A stretch of DNA of 63,088 nucleotides, filler included, from Olpidium bornovanus S191 (Eukaryota; Fungi; Olpidiomycota): the NCBI GenBank assembly GCA_017911155.1. It is 26 parts of 26 records of this genome, joined end to end, with 100 filler letters (N's around TTAATTAATTAA, not from the genome) between each part and the next. Parts side by side here need not be neighbours in the genome. Positions count along the whole stretch, not along the records: positions 9,966 to 13,039 come from JAEFCI010000091.1; positions 13,140 to 16,522 come from JAEFCI010011984.1; positions 16,623 to 19,857 come from JAEFCI010010418.1; positions 19,958 to 21,951 come from JAEFCI010009502.1; positions 22,052 to 26,370 come from JAEFCI010000471.1; 21 more parts are not named here. One strand, 5' to 3'. The notes under the pieces were generated by a model that was not told the origin of the DNA, did no database searches, and was given only the letters and a program-made list of their open reading frames with translations. The position numbers were made by a program, and so were the translations under genes. This document shows, in pieces, positions 11,820-24,092 of this stretch (its first letter is position 1; every line of letters starts with the position of its first letter).

Positions 11820-12300
11820 ATGTTCACAACGTACTTCCAACAATATTATGATCAGGCCACAGGACACGTTCCGGAAAAGCTTCTTCTTCAACAAGTGACT
11901 TCCAAACTCAAAGAACGCGGCCTTCTTTTGGCTTTCTCATTTAACACCAGTGTTCGGCTACCGTGGCGCGCGGGAGGGCGATGTCGCTCTGGTTGTGCGA
12001 CCGGGAGCAAAATCAGCATGGCTGCAAGGGCGCCCTATCGGTCACCCTAACAGGTTCTTGACCTGGACAGATCTCTGCAAGGCCCTTCGCAATCAATTCT
12101 ATCCCACTGAAAACGAGCAAATCGTCAGCTCGAAGACCCTGAAATTCTCTTCCGCAAAATACAATTCCGCATCGCCGTAGAACGGTTCTTTCTCTAACGT
12201 GTTCCAACAACTCAAGTCTGCCGATGAAAATGATTCCACTTACATCAACGCCTACATCGACGGCCTCCCAGCCAGTTACCGCGTAAAACTCGTTCCCTCC
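11820..12300 (+). mobile_element. LTR-retrotransposon gag remnant (Retrotrans_gag-like), disrupted
   Basis: FLTWTDLCKALRNQFYPTENEQIVSSK...FQQLKSADENDSTYINAYIDGLPASY fragments spread over several frames. Orientation is opposite to the adjacent chromodomain remnant. Confidence 0.6.
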
Positions 12301-12650
12301 CTCGCCCAATGTTTATACAAGAAGTCACGGACCCTATGATGCGCATAAGCCACCCTGTGAAATGGTTGCAAGACTCTGGCAACCGTTCTGTGGAATCAAA
12401 CTTTTCAAAATGTATAAACGGATGAACCCCAACAATAAATCTAACACGTCCTCCTCTCACAAAGCCGTTTCAAACTCCACCCAGCAACCGCAGAAAAATA
12501 CACAGGATTACAATCGCAACCCATTAAATCAATGAGATTGGATTAGATTATTTGGATTACACAGCCAACCCCCCCCCGACATCGCTCGACATCATCAAGG
12601 GGGATATGTCACCTGATGTCACGAAGTGATGTCATTCGACACAGCGGGAT

Positions 12651-12774
12651 GTTGATATCGCGTTGTATCGTGTCAAGACACAACGCTCGCAGCGATGTCA
12701 GACGATGTCACAACGTGAGGTGATACGACATGACGGGAGGTTGATATCACGTTGTATCGCATCAAGACACAAAG
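12651..12774. repeat. 35-bp direct repeat in a CpG-decayed repetitive region
   Basis: gttgatatcgcgttgtatcgtgtcaagacacaacg (12651-12685) versus gttgatatcacgttgtatcgcatcaagacacaaag (12740-12774). Confidence 0.8.
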
Positions 12775-13139
12775 TGTGCAGAGATGCCGTAAGATGCCAT
12801 GATGCGATGTGATTTGACACATGGGATGGCAATATTGCAAGCCCTTGCGAAAGCAATTGCTACATGGCCTAAAGTCCTGTTATACTGCTCATCTGCACCA
12901 CATGAACCACATGCACCACATGCACAGCCACAATGTTTATTATTACCGAAACTATCACCCCAGCCCCCACGTCGTCATTTCATTGTCGTTCCATTGTCCA
13001 TCCCTAACTAATACATTATTTTGGTCTCATTTGGAGGTCNNNNNNNNNNNNNNNNNNNNNNNNNNNNNNNNNNNNNNNNNNNNTTAATTAATTAANNNNN
13101 NNNNNNNNNNNNNNNNNNNNNNNNNNNNNNNNNNNNNNN

Positions 13140-13176
<37 letters not shown>

Positions 13177-13818
13177 ACCGCCACCACCACCACGTTTGCG
13201 CCCGTGCCGCAGACGTGTTCCTTCGCGTTCCGCAGCCGGCCCTTCTCGGGCGGGAGGGAGAGGAAGGGGGTCGGAGGGGCATCGTCTCTTGTCTTCTCGG
13301 GGGCGCGTGTGCGTGCGTGAAAGCCGCGCCCCCCCCGCCCGCGGTTGGTTCTCTCACGTGTGTCCGGGAGAGACCGCCCCGCCCCGCCCGGCCCGGACCA
13401 CGAAGGCTTTTGCAAATGAGAAAAAAACATAAATCGTGCCAACCAGAACCTTATTTTGAGCCGCGAACGCGTCGCCCCCCCCCGGCGCTTCCTCCCCTGC
13501 TGCTTTCCCCCCCCCCCCCCCCCCCCCCCGCCCCCCCCGCGCCGCCCCCCCCCTCCCCCCCCCCTTCAATAATAGACAAGCCGCCCGGGCGAGCTGCTTT
13601 TCCCGGTTGTAGATGAGGCTGCACTCGCAGGAAGAGAACAGGGAAAGGCCAGGTGAGAGAGAGAGAGAGCAGAGAGAGAGCAGAGAGAGCAGAGAGAGAG
13701 AGAGAGCAGAGAGAGCAGAGAGAGAGAGGCAGAAAGAGGCAGAAAGAAAGGGGAAAAAGCGCTTTCGCCCGCGATCTCCGGTCCCCTCGGGTGTCGTTTG
13801 CGGCCAGAGAGAACAAAC

Positions 13819-13849
<31 letters not shown>

Positions 13850-14035
13850 AATAAATAAATAAATAAAACAATAAAAACCGCCCCCCCCGCTGCGGGGGCT
13901 CCCCGAGGCGACGAACGGCCCAGTCGTATCAAAACCCGTCGGTCGCCGCGTTTCCTGTCCGTCCTTCCACTCTTCCCCCTCCCTTTTCCCCTTCCCCCTC
14001 CCCTTCCCCCTCCCCCCGCCCCAGTCGCCGGCGCG

Positions 14036-15872
14036 ATGCAGAACCAGAACCAGCAGGCCGCGAAAAAAGACAACGCCCCCAAGAGGCGGGAACCCCGGCC
14101 GCTCACTCCCCAGGAGCTCGCCTCTCTTTTCACCGAGAAGTTTTACGGCAAATTGAAATCCGGCCGCGAGAACCTGTTCCAGTTTTTTGGCGACGATTCC
14201 CGCTTGGCGGCCGGGTACGAAGGAGAGAAAGTCAAAGTCTGCATCGGACAAGAGGTAGGCGGTGCGGAGGGGAGGGGAGGCCGGTATCCTCCGGGGTCGA
14301 AGTGCGTGGTCGATTGCGGAGCCCGGTGGTCCGTGATTTCCATACGGCTTTTTTCGCTCAATTCTATCTGCCCCGACAAGCGAGGTTAAGTCTCACACGA
14401 CCCCTCTCCCCGCGCGCGAGCGAAAAGCAAATCCACCGGCGGTTCCAAGAACCGGATTACAGGATCACGTTCACGGATGTCATCTGTGTCGACGCCCTGG
14501 AGATTGGGAACGGGCAGTTTCTGATTCAAACCACGGGACTCTGCGAAAATGTCGACAACGACCAGCTGCGTTTCCACGAATCCTTCGTTCTCGCGCCGCA
14601 AAACGGCGGCGGGTTCTACGTTCTGGCCAACGCCAGGAGGATTGCTCGGGAGACCGTCGCGCAGAAAGACGCCGCGCCTCCGGTCGCCGCGGCGTCCAAG
14701 CCGGCCGGCGTAACAGCAGCTTCCGCCGTCCCCAAGTCGGTTCAGGCCCAAGTCATCCCGCAGAAAGAAGAACCTGCCAAGCCGACGATGACGCAGAACT
14801 CGACAGCAGCCCCGGCGCCCGCTCCCGCGGCCGCTTCGGAGCCGCCCCAGGTCACTTCCCCTGTCTCGGCCGGGGATGCGGCCGTCAAGCGAACCGATTC
14901 CAAGCGCACGAACGCCAAGCCGGCCAGGGGCGGCGGTTATGTCGCGAATCCGGCTCCGGAAATCGCCAAGCCTGCCACGGCGGCGGAGCCTCCGTCCGCC
15001 CCCGACTCCGCGAAAAAGCCCACCAAAGCCGCTGATGCCGCCCCCGCGCCCAACACCGCTCCCGTGGTGGCCCCGGCGGCTGCGGCTCCCCCGCCGCCGC
15101 AGGGTGCCCCGCCCTCCCAACCTGCTCGCCATCCGCCAAATTCCGTCCCGCCTTCCGCGTCAACAGCTCCCGCCGCCGCGCCGCCGCCGGTCAGGACCTG
15201 GGCCAGCGCCGCCGCCAACAATGCCACGGCATCTTGGGACAAGAAGAACATTGCCGAAGTCAAGGGCACCAGCACGAAACCTTCTCAGTCGCCCGTGAAG
15301 ACCAGCCCGCCTCCTTCTGCTCACGGCCGCCGCAGGAGTGAGTCCCCGATCTGCAGGCTCTCTCTGTAGACGGGGACATTACGCGACGGCGTCACGGCTG
15401 ACTTTCCTGCTTCTCCGTCGTCTAGGCTCCGACCTGTCATCTTCCGTATTCGTCAAGGGTGGCGCCCGTCCCGGAGTCACGGATAAGGATATCGCGGCCG
15501 CGTTTTCCGCATTTGGGGAAGTTGTCCACGTGGACATAAGGGTACGATAGTTCCTTTGGGCGCTTGAGGGCGTTTCCGCTCCTGGGTTTTGATCAGGGCC
15601 TCTTTTCCCGTTCTCGAACCTTCATCACAAAACTCGCTTTGCGTGTTTCTTTCCCCCGTCCGCCCCAGAATACGGCCACATTTGTGCAGTTCTCAAGCCC
15701 GGGCGGAGCGGCCGAAGCGATCGGCAAACGCGTGATGCTTCCCGGCGGCGCGGAAGTGGTTGCCGAACCGAAAAAGGATATGCGCGGCCGCGCGATGCAG
15801 GGCTCCGGACCGGGACGCGGCGGCGGCGGACCGCGCGGGCCAGGAATGTCCGGTCGCCGCAGGGGTTCTTAA
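14036..15872 (+). CDS. G3BP/Nxt3/Bre5-family protein (NTF2-like domain + disordered linker + RRM + RGG tail)
   Basis: Exons 14036-14254, 14428-15337, 15426-15541 and 15669-15872 splice in frame. They give an NTF2-like fold (F..KFY..L...RENLFQFF; FHESFVLAPQ.GGFYV), a WASAAA motif, an RRM (SVFVKG...AFSAFGEV...FVQFSS) and a C-terminal Gly/Arg-rich tail. Confidence 0.9.
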
Positions 15873-16003
15873 ACAACCACCCCTTCCCTCCCTCCTCTTT
15901 GCCTTCTCCTTACCGGGCAAAATATTTCGTAAAAAAAAATGGTATCTATGTTCTAACCCGCCCGCCCAAGTCCCCCCTCTTCTGGCCCTGCCTCCTCTCT
16001 CCT

Positions 16004-16052
<49 letters not shown>

Positions 16053-16224
16053 CCCCCCCCCCCCCCCCCCCCCCCACCTTCTCCCCTCCGTTCTTCTCAC
16101 GCCCACGAATGATTCTAGGACGCCGACAAACCTGTCCCCTTTACCTCCATCCTCCCTTCTTCCAAGGCTTTGTCCGTCGCACCCTTTTAAAATCTATTCC
16201 TTTTTTCGTAATTGGGCACACACA

Positions 16225-16255
<31 letters not shown>

Positions 16256-16448
16256 CACACGTCATACCCTTTTCCCTCTTCCCTTCTTCCCTTCTCCCAC
16301 CTTACCCCTCTCCTTGTTTCCCGGCGCCCCACCCCCCTCCCCCCCGGCGCCCCCCGGCTCTTCCCCCGCCGCCCTTTCTCCCCCTCCCGCCGCCGCCCAC
16401 CCCGCCCGCTGGTTTTGCGAATCTCACGATTATTACGGTTGTTGTCGC

Positions 16449-16482
<34 letters not shown>

Positions 16483-16684
16483 GGGGGGGGGGGGAAAAAA
16501 AAAAAAGGAAAAAAAAAACCCCNNNNNNNNNNNNNNNNNNNNNNNNNNNNNNNNNNNNNNNNNNNNTTAATTAATTAANNNNNNNNNNNNNNNNNNNNNN
16601 NNNNNNNNNNNNNNNNNNNNNNGCACCATTCTGCGAGCCCCCGCTGGGGAAGAAGAAGAAGCCGGCGAGGTCCGGGCAGTGTTT

Positions 16685-16723
<39 letters not shown>

Positions 16724-16724
16724 C

Positions 16725-16764
<40 letters not shown>

Positions 16765-16772
16765 CGGGGGGG

Positions 16773-16810
<38 letters not shown>

Positions 16811-17026
16811 ACCCGAAAGCGCCGATTCGAGCAGACAGGGGGGTTTGCGGTTGAGTTGGGCAACGGAAGTCTTACGCTGGTTTTTTTTTTTTTTTGTTTT
16901 TTTGGTCGGCGGGGGCGGCCGTGTTTCTCGCCCCCTCCCAACTTCGTTTATCCGCAACTTTTTGTTCCAAGCGCTCCGTTGTCGATGGGAGCGTAACGGG
17001 GGCGGGGACGCGGACCCGAGATTTAT

Positions 17027-17062
<36 letters not shown>

Positions 17063-17079
17063 CCCCCCCGGGGGGAAAA

Positions 17080-17119
<40 letters not shown>

Positions 17120-17273
17120 AGGCCCCTCCACCTTTTGACCTTTCCCTCCTCTTATCCCCACCCAAGCGCCCCTCCTCCGCCGGCTGCCGCGCAGCCGTCT
17201 TTCGCCGCGGACGGTTCGCGGGCGTGAGCCGACGGCGCGTCCGGGTTTCTTCGCGTGCCGCGGTGTCCGCGCC

Positions 17274-19857
17274 ATGTTCGCCACCTGCCCGTGCCCGTCC
17301 CCCAAGGGGACGCTGCAGGAGCTCGCCGACTACTTCGCGACCCTGCTCCCGCCCGAGCCCTGCGAACTGCCTGCGCTTGTCCCCGCCCAGTTCTGCGGCC
17401 TCGGCTGGCTTACGACCCTTGCCCCGCCGTCCCCCGACGAGTTTCCGGCGATCATGTCGCGCTCTGCCGCCGAGGGGGCCTGCTGCGCCAAAACGACCGC
17501 TTCCTCCCCTTCCGCGGGAGCTCCGCCGTCGCTCCGCGGCCCGGACGCGCCTGACGCCGGTGTGCTCCCTGCATCCCTGCAAAGCTGGGGCTTCTCGAAC
17601 GGCGCGCGGAGCTCGCGCTCCGAACCGGCCGCCGCCGCGCCTGGCGCCGAAGAGGGGAACTTCGAGCCCCGCGATCCGCTCTTGCCCTCGCCGCTCTTTT
17701 GCGCGAACGCGCAGAACACTACGCCCGCCGCCTGGGGCCCAGCGCCGGCCGACTTGCAGTACGTGAACGTCGCGGACGGGGAACGCCGCGTGGATCGCGA
17801 AACCTCCTCGGCAGACCAGGCGCCCGGAGGTTTGGACGAAGACGGTGAACCCGAAGGTATGCCCGTTGAGGACAGACTGCGGCGTGTGTGGTGGCGTCCG
17901 CGTGTGCGCCGGCCTCGGTTCTGAGTTTCGTCGTTTCAGACCCCGTCAAGGCCGCCTTCGAAAACGATCCCAAGTGGAGAGCCTTCAGGCAGTGGGTTGA
18001 CGATTACTTCGCCGCCCGGGTCGAAACGCCGACCGACCTGCAGAGCGGGAATGTCGCCGGCGGCGGCGGCAACGGCCGGAGCCACGTGGATCGCGAAACC
18101 TCCCCAGCAGAACAAGCGGTTGGAGGTCTGGACGAAGACGGTGAACCCGAAGGTATGCCCGGGGATTGAGGAGCGGCTGCGCGGTGCGGCAGCTTCCGCG
18201 TGTGCGCCGGCGCGGATTTCTAAGTTTTGGCCTTCCAGACGCCGTCATGGTCGGCTTCCAAAACGATCCCAAGTGGAAAGCCTTCAGGCACTGGGTTGAC
18301 GATCACTTTGCCGCCGGCGCCACCACGCCGACCGACCTGCAGTACGGGAAAGTTGATGGCGGCGAACACGGCCAGAACCACGCGGATCACGAAACGTTCC
18401 GGTTTGGCCAAGCGGATGGATATCTAGACAAAGGCGGTGGATCCCTCGTCTCTCTTTATCACTCCGGCGCCCGGGGCGCCACGCCGGACGACCTGCAGTG
18501 CGGGAATGTCGTTGGCGGCGAACACGGCCAGAACCGCTTCAATCGCAAAACCTTCTGGGCAGACCACATCTCTCGCGACCAGCCCGGCGCCCGGGGCTCT
18601 ACCCCGTACGACCACCTGCAAAGCGTGAATGTCGCTGGCGGCGAACACGGCCAGGACCGCTTGGATCGCGAAGCCTTTCGGGTAGACCAAGCGGCGTGTA
18701 AGTTCTGCGCATTGTCCTTCCGCTCAAAGCGTTGCCCGTCCGACCTTGCTGACCCAGGCTTTGCCAAACCGTTCTCAGCAAACTTGTCGGCTCTGGTGGC
18801 GACTACTGATGCGGCGGCTGCTGACGTTTTGCCGGAAGACGAGAATACGCGCCGCACTCAGCAAGGTTCCGTTTCGCCTTTCAATACGCGCGGTGCCAGT
18901 TCCACGCGGAAAACCGCAACTCGGTATAATCAGAAGACGAGCGAGAAGACCGAGAAGTCCAACCGTCTCGCCAAAAGCGACGAAGACCTCCTCAATCCGG
19001 ATACTTGGTCCGAGATCAACAACGAAAAACAGCGGCGGCGTCGTGGGTGTCCTCGGACGCGACGCGACGCAGTTACGAGTAAGTTCCGCTCGTTGCTCTT
19101 CAGCTCCACGCGTCGCCCGCCCGGCCTTGCTGACCCGGTGTCTGCCAAACCATTTTCAGCAAGACCGTCGGCCCTGGTGGCGGCGGCTGCTGACGCCGTG
19201 GCTGCTGACGCCGTGCCGGACGACGAGAGCACGCGCGGCACTCAGCAGGCTTCCGCTTCTTCGCGTTCCAATGCGCCTGGTGCTCGTGCCGCGGCAGGCG
19301 CCGTCGAGAATACGCCTAGTCGCCAGCAAACTTCCGCTTCGTGTCCCAATGTGCGTGCGGGCCGCGCTGTGGCAGGCGCTGTCGGGAATACGCGCCGTAC
19401 TCAGGAAGCTTCCGTTTCACGTCCCAACGGGCGTTCTGCCCGCGTTGTGGCAGGCGCCAGGCGCGCTGTTTCGTCAAACGAAAAACCGGTTCCGGCGACG
19501 TCGGCCGCGACGCCGCCCGACGCGCGCGCTGCCCGCGCTGCGGCGGACGCAGTACGCGCCGTCCCGTTGAGGAAAAGGCCGGCATTGTCAACGTCGGCGC
19601 CTACGGCGCCGGAGGAGGGACCGACGACGAAGCGGGCGCGGAAGGCGGGCGGCCCCCGGTGGGAACTGTTGGAAGCGCCGACGCCGACGCCGTTGGCCAA
19701 ACCGGTATTTGATCGCCTCACCGGAAACCGGTACATCATGTCGCTGCTCGACGACGTGAGCGCCGGCGACGAGGCACGCGGCGGCGACCCATTCCGGCGC
19801 AGGACCCGCTCAGGCTCGGCCTTCCAAGCGGGTTGCGCTTGCGGCCGCGACGGCCCA
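17274..19857 (+). CDS. Uncharacterised repeat-rich protein, spliced, 3' partial
   Basis: Removing introns 17857-17939 and 18153-18238 joins ORFs 17274, 17888 and 18166 into one frame. It contains at least three unrelated repeat families. Confidence 0.65.
17750..18680 (+). repeat. Tandem ~297-bp exon+intron units followed by shorter intron-less sub-repeats
   Basis: Donors GAAG|GTATGC at 17857 and 18153; acceptors TTCAG|AC at 17939 and TTCCAG|AC at 18238. ENDPKWRAFRQWVDDYF and QNDPKWKAFRHWVDDHF exons; PT(D/Y)DLQ...GGEHGQ sub-repeats to about 18680. Confidence 0.9.
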
Positions 19858-19958
19858 NNNNNNNNNNNNNNNNNNNNNNNNNNNNNNNNNNNNNNNNNNN
19901 NTTAATTAATTAANNNNNNNNNNNNNNNNNNNNNNNNNNNNNNNNNNNNNNNNNNNNC

Positions 19959-21951
19959 ATGAAGGGAGTCGTGGTCGAGGAGTGCGAGCAGACGCTTTTA
20001 CGCAAGAACGTGGGCATCAGGCTGCAGTATTACGCTGTGATTGCGTTGAATCAGACCATTCTGACGAATGCGGATCAAGACGTGGCGGCTAAGCTGGTAG
20101 ATCTGTACATTACAATTTTCAAGCAACTGCTGCACGAGGGCGGCGGCGAGGACGCCACAAAACCGACAGAGGGGAAGCGAGAGAAAGCGATGAAGAAAAA
20201 GAAGAGAAAGTGCAAGGGCAGCACTTCCGTGACCTCCAATCCAACCATCATTGAGGGCGAGAGGTCAAAGCTCGTTACCGCGCTACTTACAGGCGTCAAC
20301 CGCGCTTTCCCGTTTGCAAAGATGGACGAAAATGTGTGAGTCCCGATATTGGGCTCCAGTGCATCCGGCCAGTCGTCCGGGAAGCCGTCGGCTTTGACTA
20401 ACGCTCTTTTTGGCCTTGCCAACATTAGTTATGATGGTCACATGGACACACTCTTCAAAGTGACGCATACTGGGACATTCAACCTGAGCATTCAGGCTCT
20501 TATGCTCATTTATCAAGCGATGTCGGCAAAGCAGGTGCGTCGGATTCTTCCCAGTTCACGTTGACGAGCCGGGGTGCCGGCCGAGGTCTCTGTTCCTAGA
20601 ACTTTTGGCTCACGTGAACTCTCACCGCAACCAGACTGTGTCCGACAGATTTTACAGAGCACTCTACGCCTCTCTCCTAGACCCGCGCCTAATGAATTCG
20701 TCCAAACAGCCGATGTACCTTAACCTTCTGTTCAAGGCCCTGAAGGCCGACATTATCCCGTCGCGGGTTAAGGCGTTTGTGAAGCGGTTAATTCAGGTGG
20801 CTGCCATGCACCAACCGCCGTTTATTTGTGGGAGCTTTTACATGATCTCCGAGGTAAGGAGCGGAACCGAACGCCGGAATGCCGCGGTGCGTTTTCTATA
20901 ACCATAAATATATGCTGACAACTCGCTTGAACCGCTGTCGGCACTTTTATCAAGATTATGAACGCTTACCCGAGTATTCGGTCGATGATCAGCCAGCCCG
21001 AAGATAATGAAGACCAGCAAGAACATTTTGTGGATGTCGATCGGGAAGAGATGCAGGGCGCTGATGGAGGCACGCTGGGGAACGCTCTGAAGACCGCAGA
21101 GTGCCCAACGCTCACTTCGTCGTCTGGGCCGGCGGGGACGAAAAACGAGTACGACCCGCTGAAGCGGGAGCCAATTTACTCGAACGCAGATCGGACGTGT
21201 CTTTGGGAACTAGTAAGTTGTGTTAGGTCGATCCACGACGCAGCTTTTTTATGTTTGATCTGACGAGATTTCCGCGCGCGAAAACAATCACAGGTGCCTT
21301 TCGCGAAACACTACCACCCCGCCGTCGCCCTGTTTGCGCGAACGCTGCTGGCCGGCGAGCGGATTGCACAGGCGCCCCAGATGGAGGCTCACACGCTCAT
21401 CCACTTCCTGGAGAGGTTCGTCTACCGCAACGCTAAGGCTCGCGAGCCTCAGAGGGGTGTCTCCATTATGCAGCCCATCCGGCCAACGCCGTCCGCTTCA
21501 AGAAAATGGGCTGTCAATACTGAGGAATGGTTTTCGCAGAGCGTGGACCAGATACCCGTCGAAGAGGTGAGTACACTAGCTCATGGTCCTGTGTTTGGCT
21601 TTGTGGAGACGCGCTTGAAATGCGGACCGTCCGCTGACGGTCCTTTCCTCCGTAAACTGCCGACCCCGCCTTCCGTCCGCTGCAAAAGCTCTTTTTCCAC
21701 AAATACTTCACGACGAAACGCGAGCAGGACCCGAATTTCGCAAAGAAGGCGAAGAAGAAGAAGGAGTCAGAAGGGGAGGACGGGGCTGCGGATGACGGTG
21801 ACCTGGACGAGGACGAGGTGTGGGATGCGATGATGAGAAGCGGCGGGCTGCCCGCTGGCGACTCGGACGAGGACGCGAGCGACGGCGAGGGCGATAACCT
21901 CGGGCCCATGTCCAGTGACGAAGAGGAGGCCGCGTTGGCGGAAGGGGAGGG
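19959..21951 (+). CDS. MAK21: CBF/Mak21 (Noc1/CEBPZ) ribosome biogenesis protein, internal exons
   Basis: [89 protein letters not shown]...[14 protein letters not shown] and [14 protein letters not shown], separated by GT-AG introns. Confidence 0.93.
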
Positions 21952-22062
21952 NNNNNNNNNNNNNNNNNNNNNNNNNNNNNNNNNNNNNNNNNNNNTTAAT
22001 TAATTAANNNNNNNNNNNNNNNNNNNNNNNNNNNNNNNNNNNNNNNNNNNNCCTGCCCCGCG

Positions 22063-22096
<34 letters not shown>

Positions 22097-23031
22097 CACC
22101 CTCCCACCCACCCATCTTCTCTCTCACACACACGCACGCTCACGCGCGCGCGCGCGCCCTCACGTCAACAAATTCCCAACGCCCCAGGAAGCTGCACTTC
22201 ATCAAGATTTAGCGTGCCAGCGGTCACACGTTTATAAGGTTCTGATCTGATTCTCCGTCTTTTTTTGATCGCGGCCTCACCCCCTTACGTATCTGGTTCT
22301 CCGTCTTTTTTTTTTTGGATCGCGGCCTCACCCCCCTACGTTGGACTTTTCTCGGAGCAGCAAGCGTGTCCGGTTCAGGCGTAATCTATCAATCTGCACG
22401 AAGTGTTTATATCCGTTCCACACCGCGGAGAGAGTGTTCGCCACCGTTCAACGGCGAAACGGCTCACAAAAGCGCAAGCGGTTGCCGCTAAGCAGGACCC
22501 AACCCGCAAATCCTGGAGAACGTGCGGAGAACCTCAAGGTTCCGCTTCCGCAAATGACATAGATTTGTATAATGAAAACCGCGCACAACCAATTCTATAT
22601 CCTGTGGTGGCGTATACGAGTGGGCACACCACGGCACACGGCACTTCCTCCGGAAAGATGGAGCGGCACAGTTGTCTGTGTCAGGTGTAGCCGCGTCCCC
22701 GTTCAAATCTGCTTTCGCAAAAAAAAAAAAAATTAGCCTGACAAATCAGCACGACAAGGGTTTTGGCTGCAAGCCGTTACCATCCACACGGACGGTGATG
22801 GGATGGGGATTTATACCAACAGACGACGTTGGGCAGCTGCTGCTCCTTTTTTTTTTTTCCATCGCCTTTTTGATCACCCTGCCTCCCCCTCTCGAAGGGC
22901 TGGGCCAGTGTGGCGGGGGCAGAAATTTTTTGGGTAAGAAAATAGTAAAAATAACGCCCCGCCCTCCCCCGCCCCCCGCCCCCCCCCCCCCCTTTCTTCC
23001 CCCGCACCGCGCCACAAAAAAAAAACACACA

Positions 23032-23063
<32 letters not shown>

Positions 23064-24092
23064 CACATCGCAGATCGCAGCATCACAATACGCATCTCCC
23101 CTTTCTTTTTCTCTTCGCTCTCTGCTCTCTCTCTCTTTCTCTCTCTCTATCTCTCTCTCTTCTCTCTCAATCTTTTTTTTGTCTCCTCTCTCTCTCTCCT
23201 CCTCTCCGCTCCTCTCTCTCTCGCCGTGTCCCCCCTCCGGCGTCCTCCCGCCGCCCCCCTTTCGCCCCCCTTCCCCCCCTCCCCCCCCTTCCCCTTCCCC
23301 CGCTCCGCCTTCCCTTCCCCGCCCCCCCGCCCCTCTCTTTCCCCCGCGCGCGCCCCCGCCCCGGCCCGCTCCGCCCCGCTCCGCCCCGCGCACCTCAAAC
23401 CGGGTTTGTCTCGCGCCAACAGAAATAGCCGTGCGCCCCTTCCCCCCCTCCCTCTCAGAAACCCCGCAAGGGCAAAAGAACTTCCGCCGCGCTGTGTCCT
23501 GCGTGCCTGGTATGTGCCGCCGGGTTTTTGCGGAGGCTGCGCCTTGGGTTTCCGTTCGGCACATATCCCAACCTCCCGCGGCACCGCGTCTGAGATCGAA
23601 CCGCCGTTCCCTTCCGTCCCGTCGCGGTTTTTGCGCCTCGCGTCTGCCGCGCTCCTAGCAGCTCCGTTCCGCGCGTTCCCGTCTACACGCGCGGTCTTCG
23701 CGCAAAAGAAGTTTGCGGACAGATGACGACGTCCCTCGCAGACGAAGAGGAGGTGGGTGGGTTGGCAGCCTCTGCCTGTGCCGGTCGCGTCTGTGCGTCC
23801 GATGCTGCTGCCCGCGCGTGGTAGCTGGCTGCCGCTGGGCACCGCGCGCTCCCCCCCCCCCTTCACCTTGCTTGGAAAGAAAAGCGCGCCATTTCATCCC
23901 GCGGGACGCTACCCGACCCGCGCGCTGCTGGCAGTATCGTTCGTCAGAACGACGGGGTTCGCAGGCACGTTGGCGCTCCGGCTGCAAAGATCACGAAACA
24001 ACGCCGCTCTACAAGTATCGGTAGACACGGAGCGGTTTAAATAATCATCTGCAACGTCTTTTCCTCGCGCGGAATTTTTGCGCGTCCGCCAG

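Noticed and set aside
16567-17305. Poly-K/F/P/G ORFs (also at 6545-7778, 15760-16578, 31815-32651, 34537-34989)
   Set aside because: They are translations of homopolymer and microsatellite tracts, not proteins.
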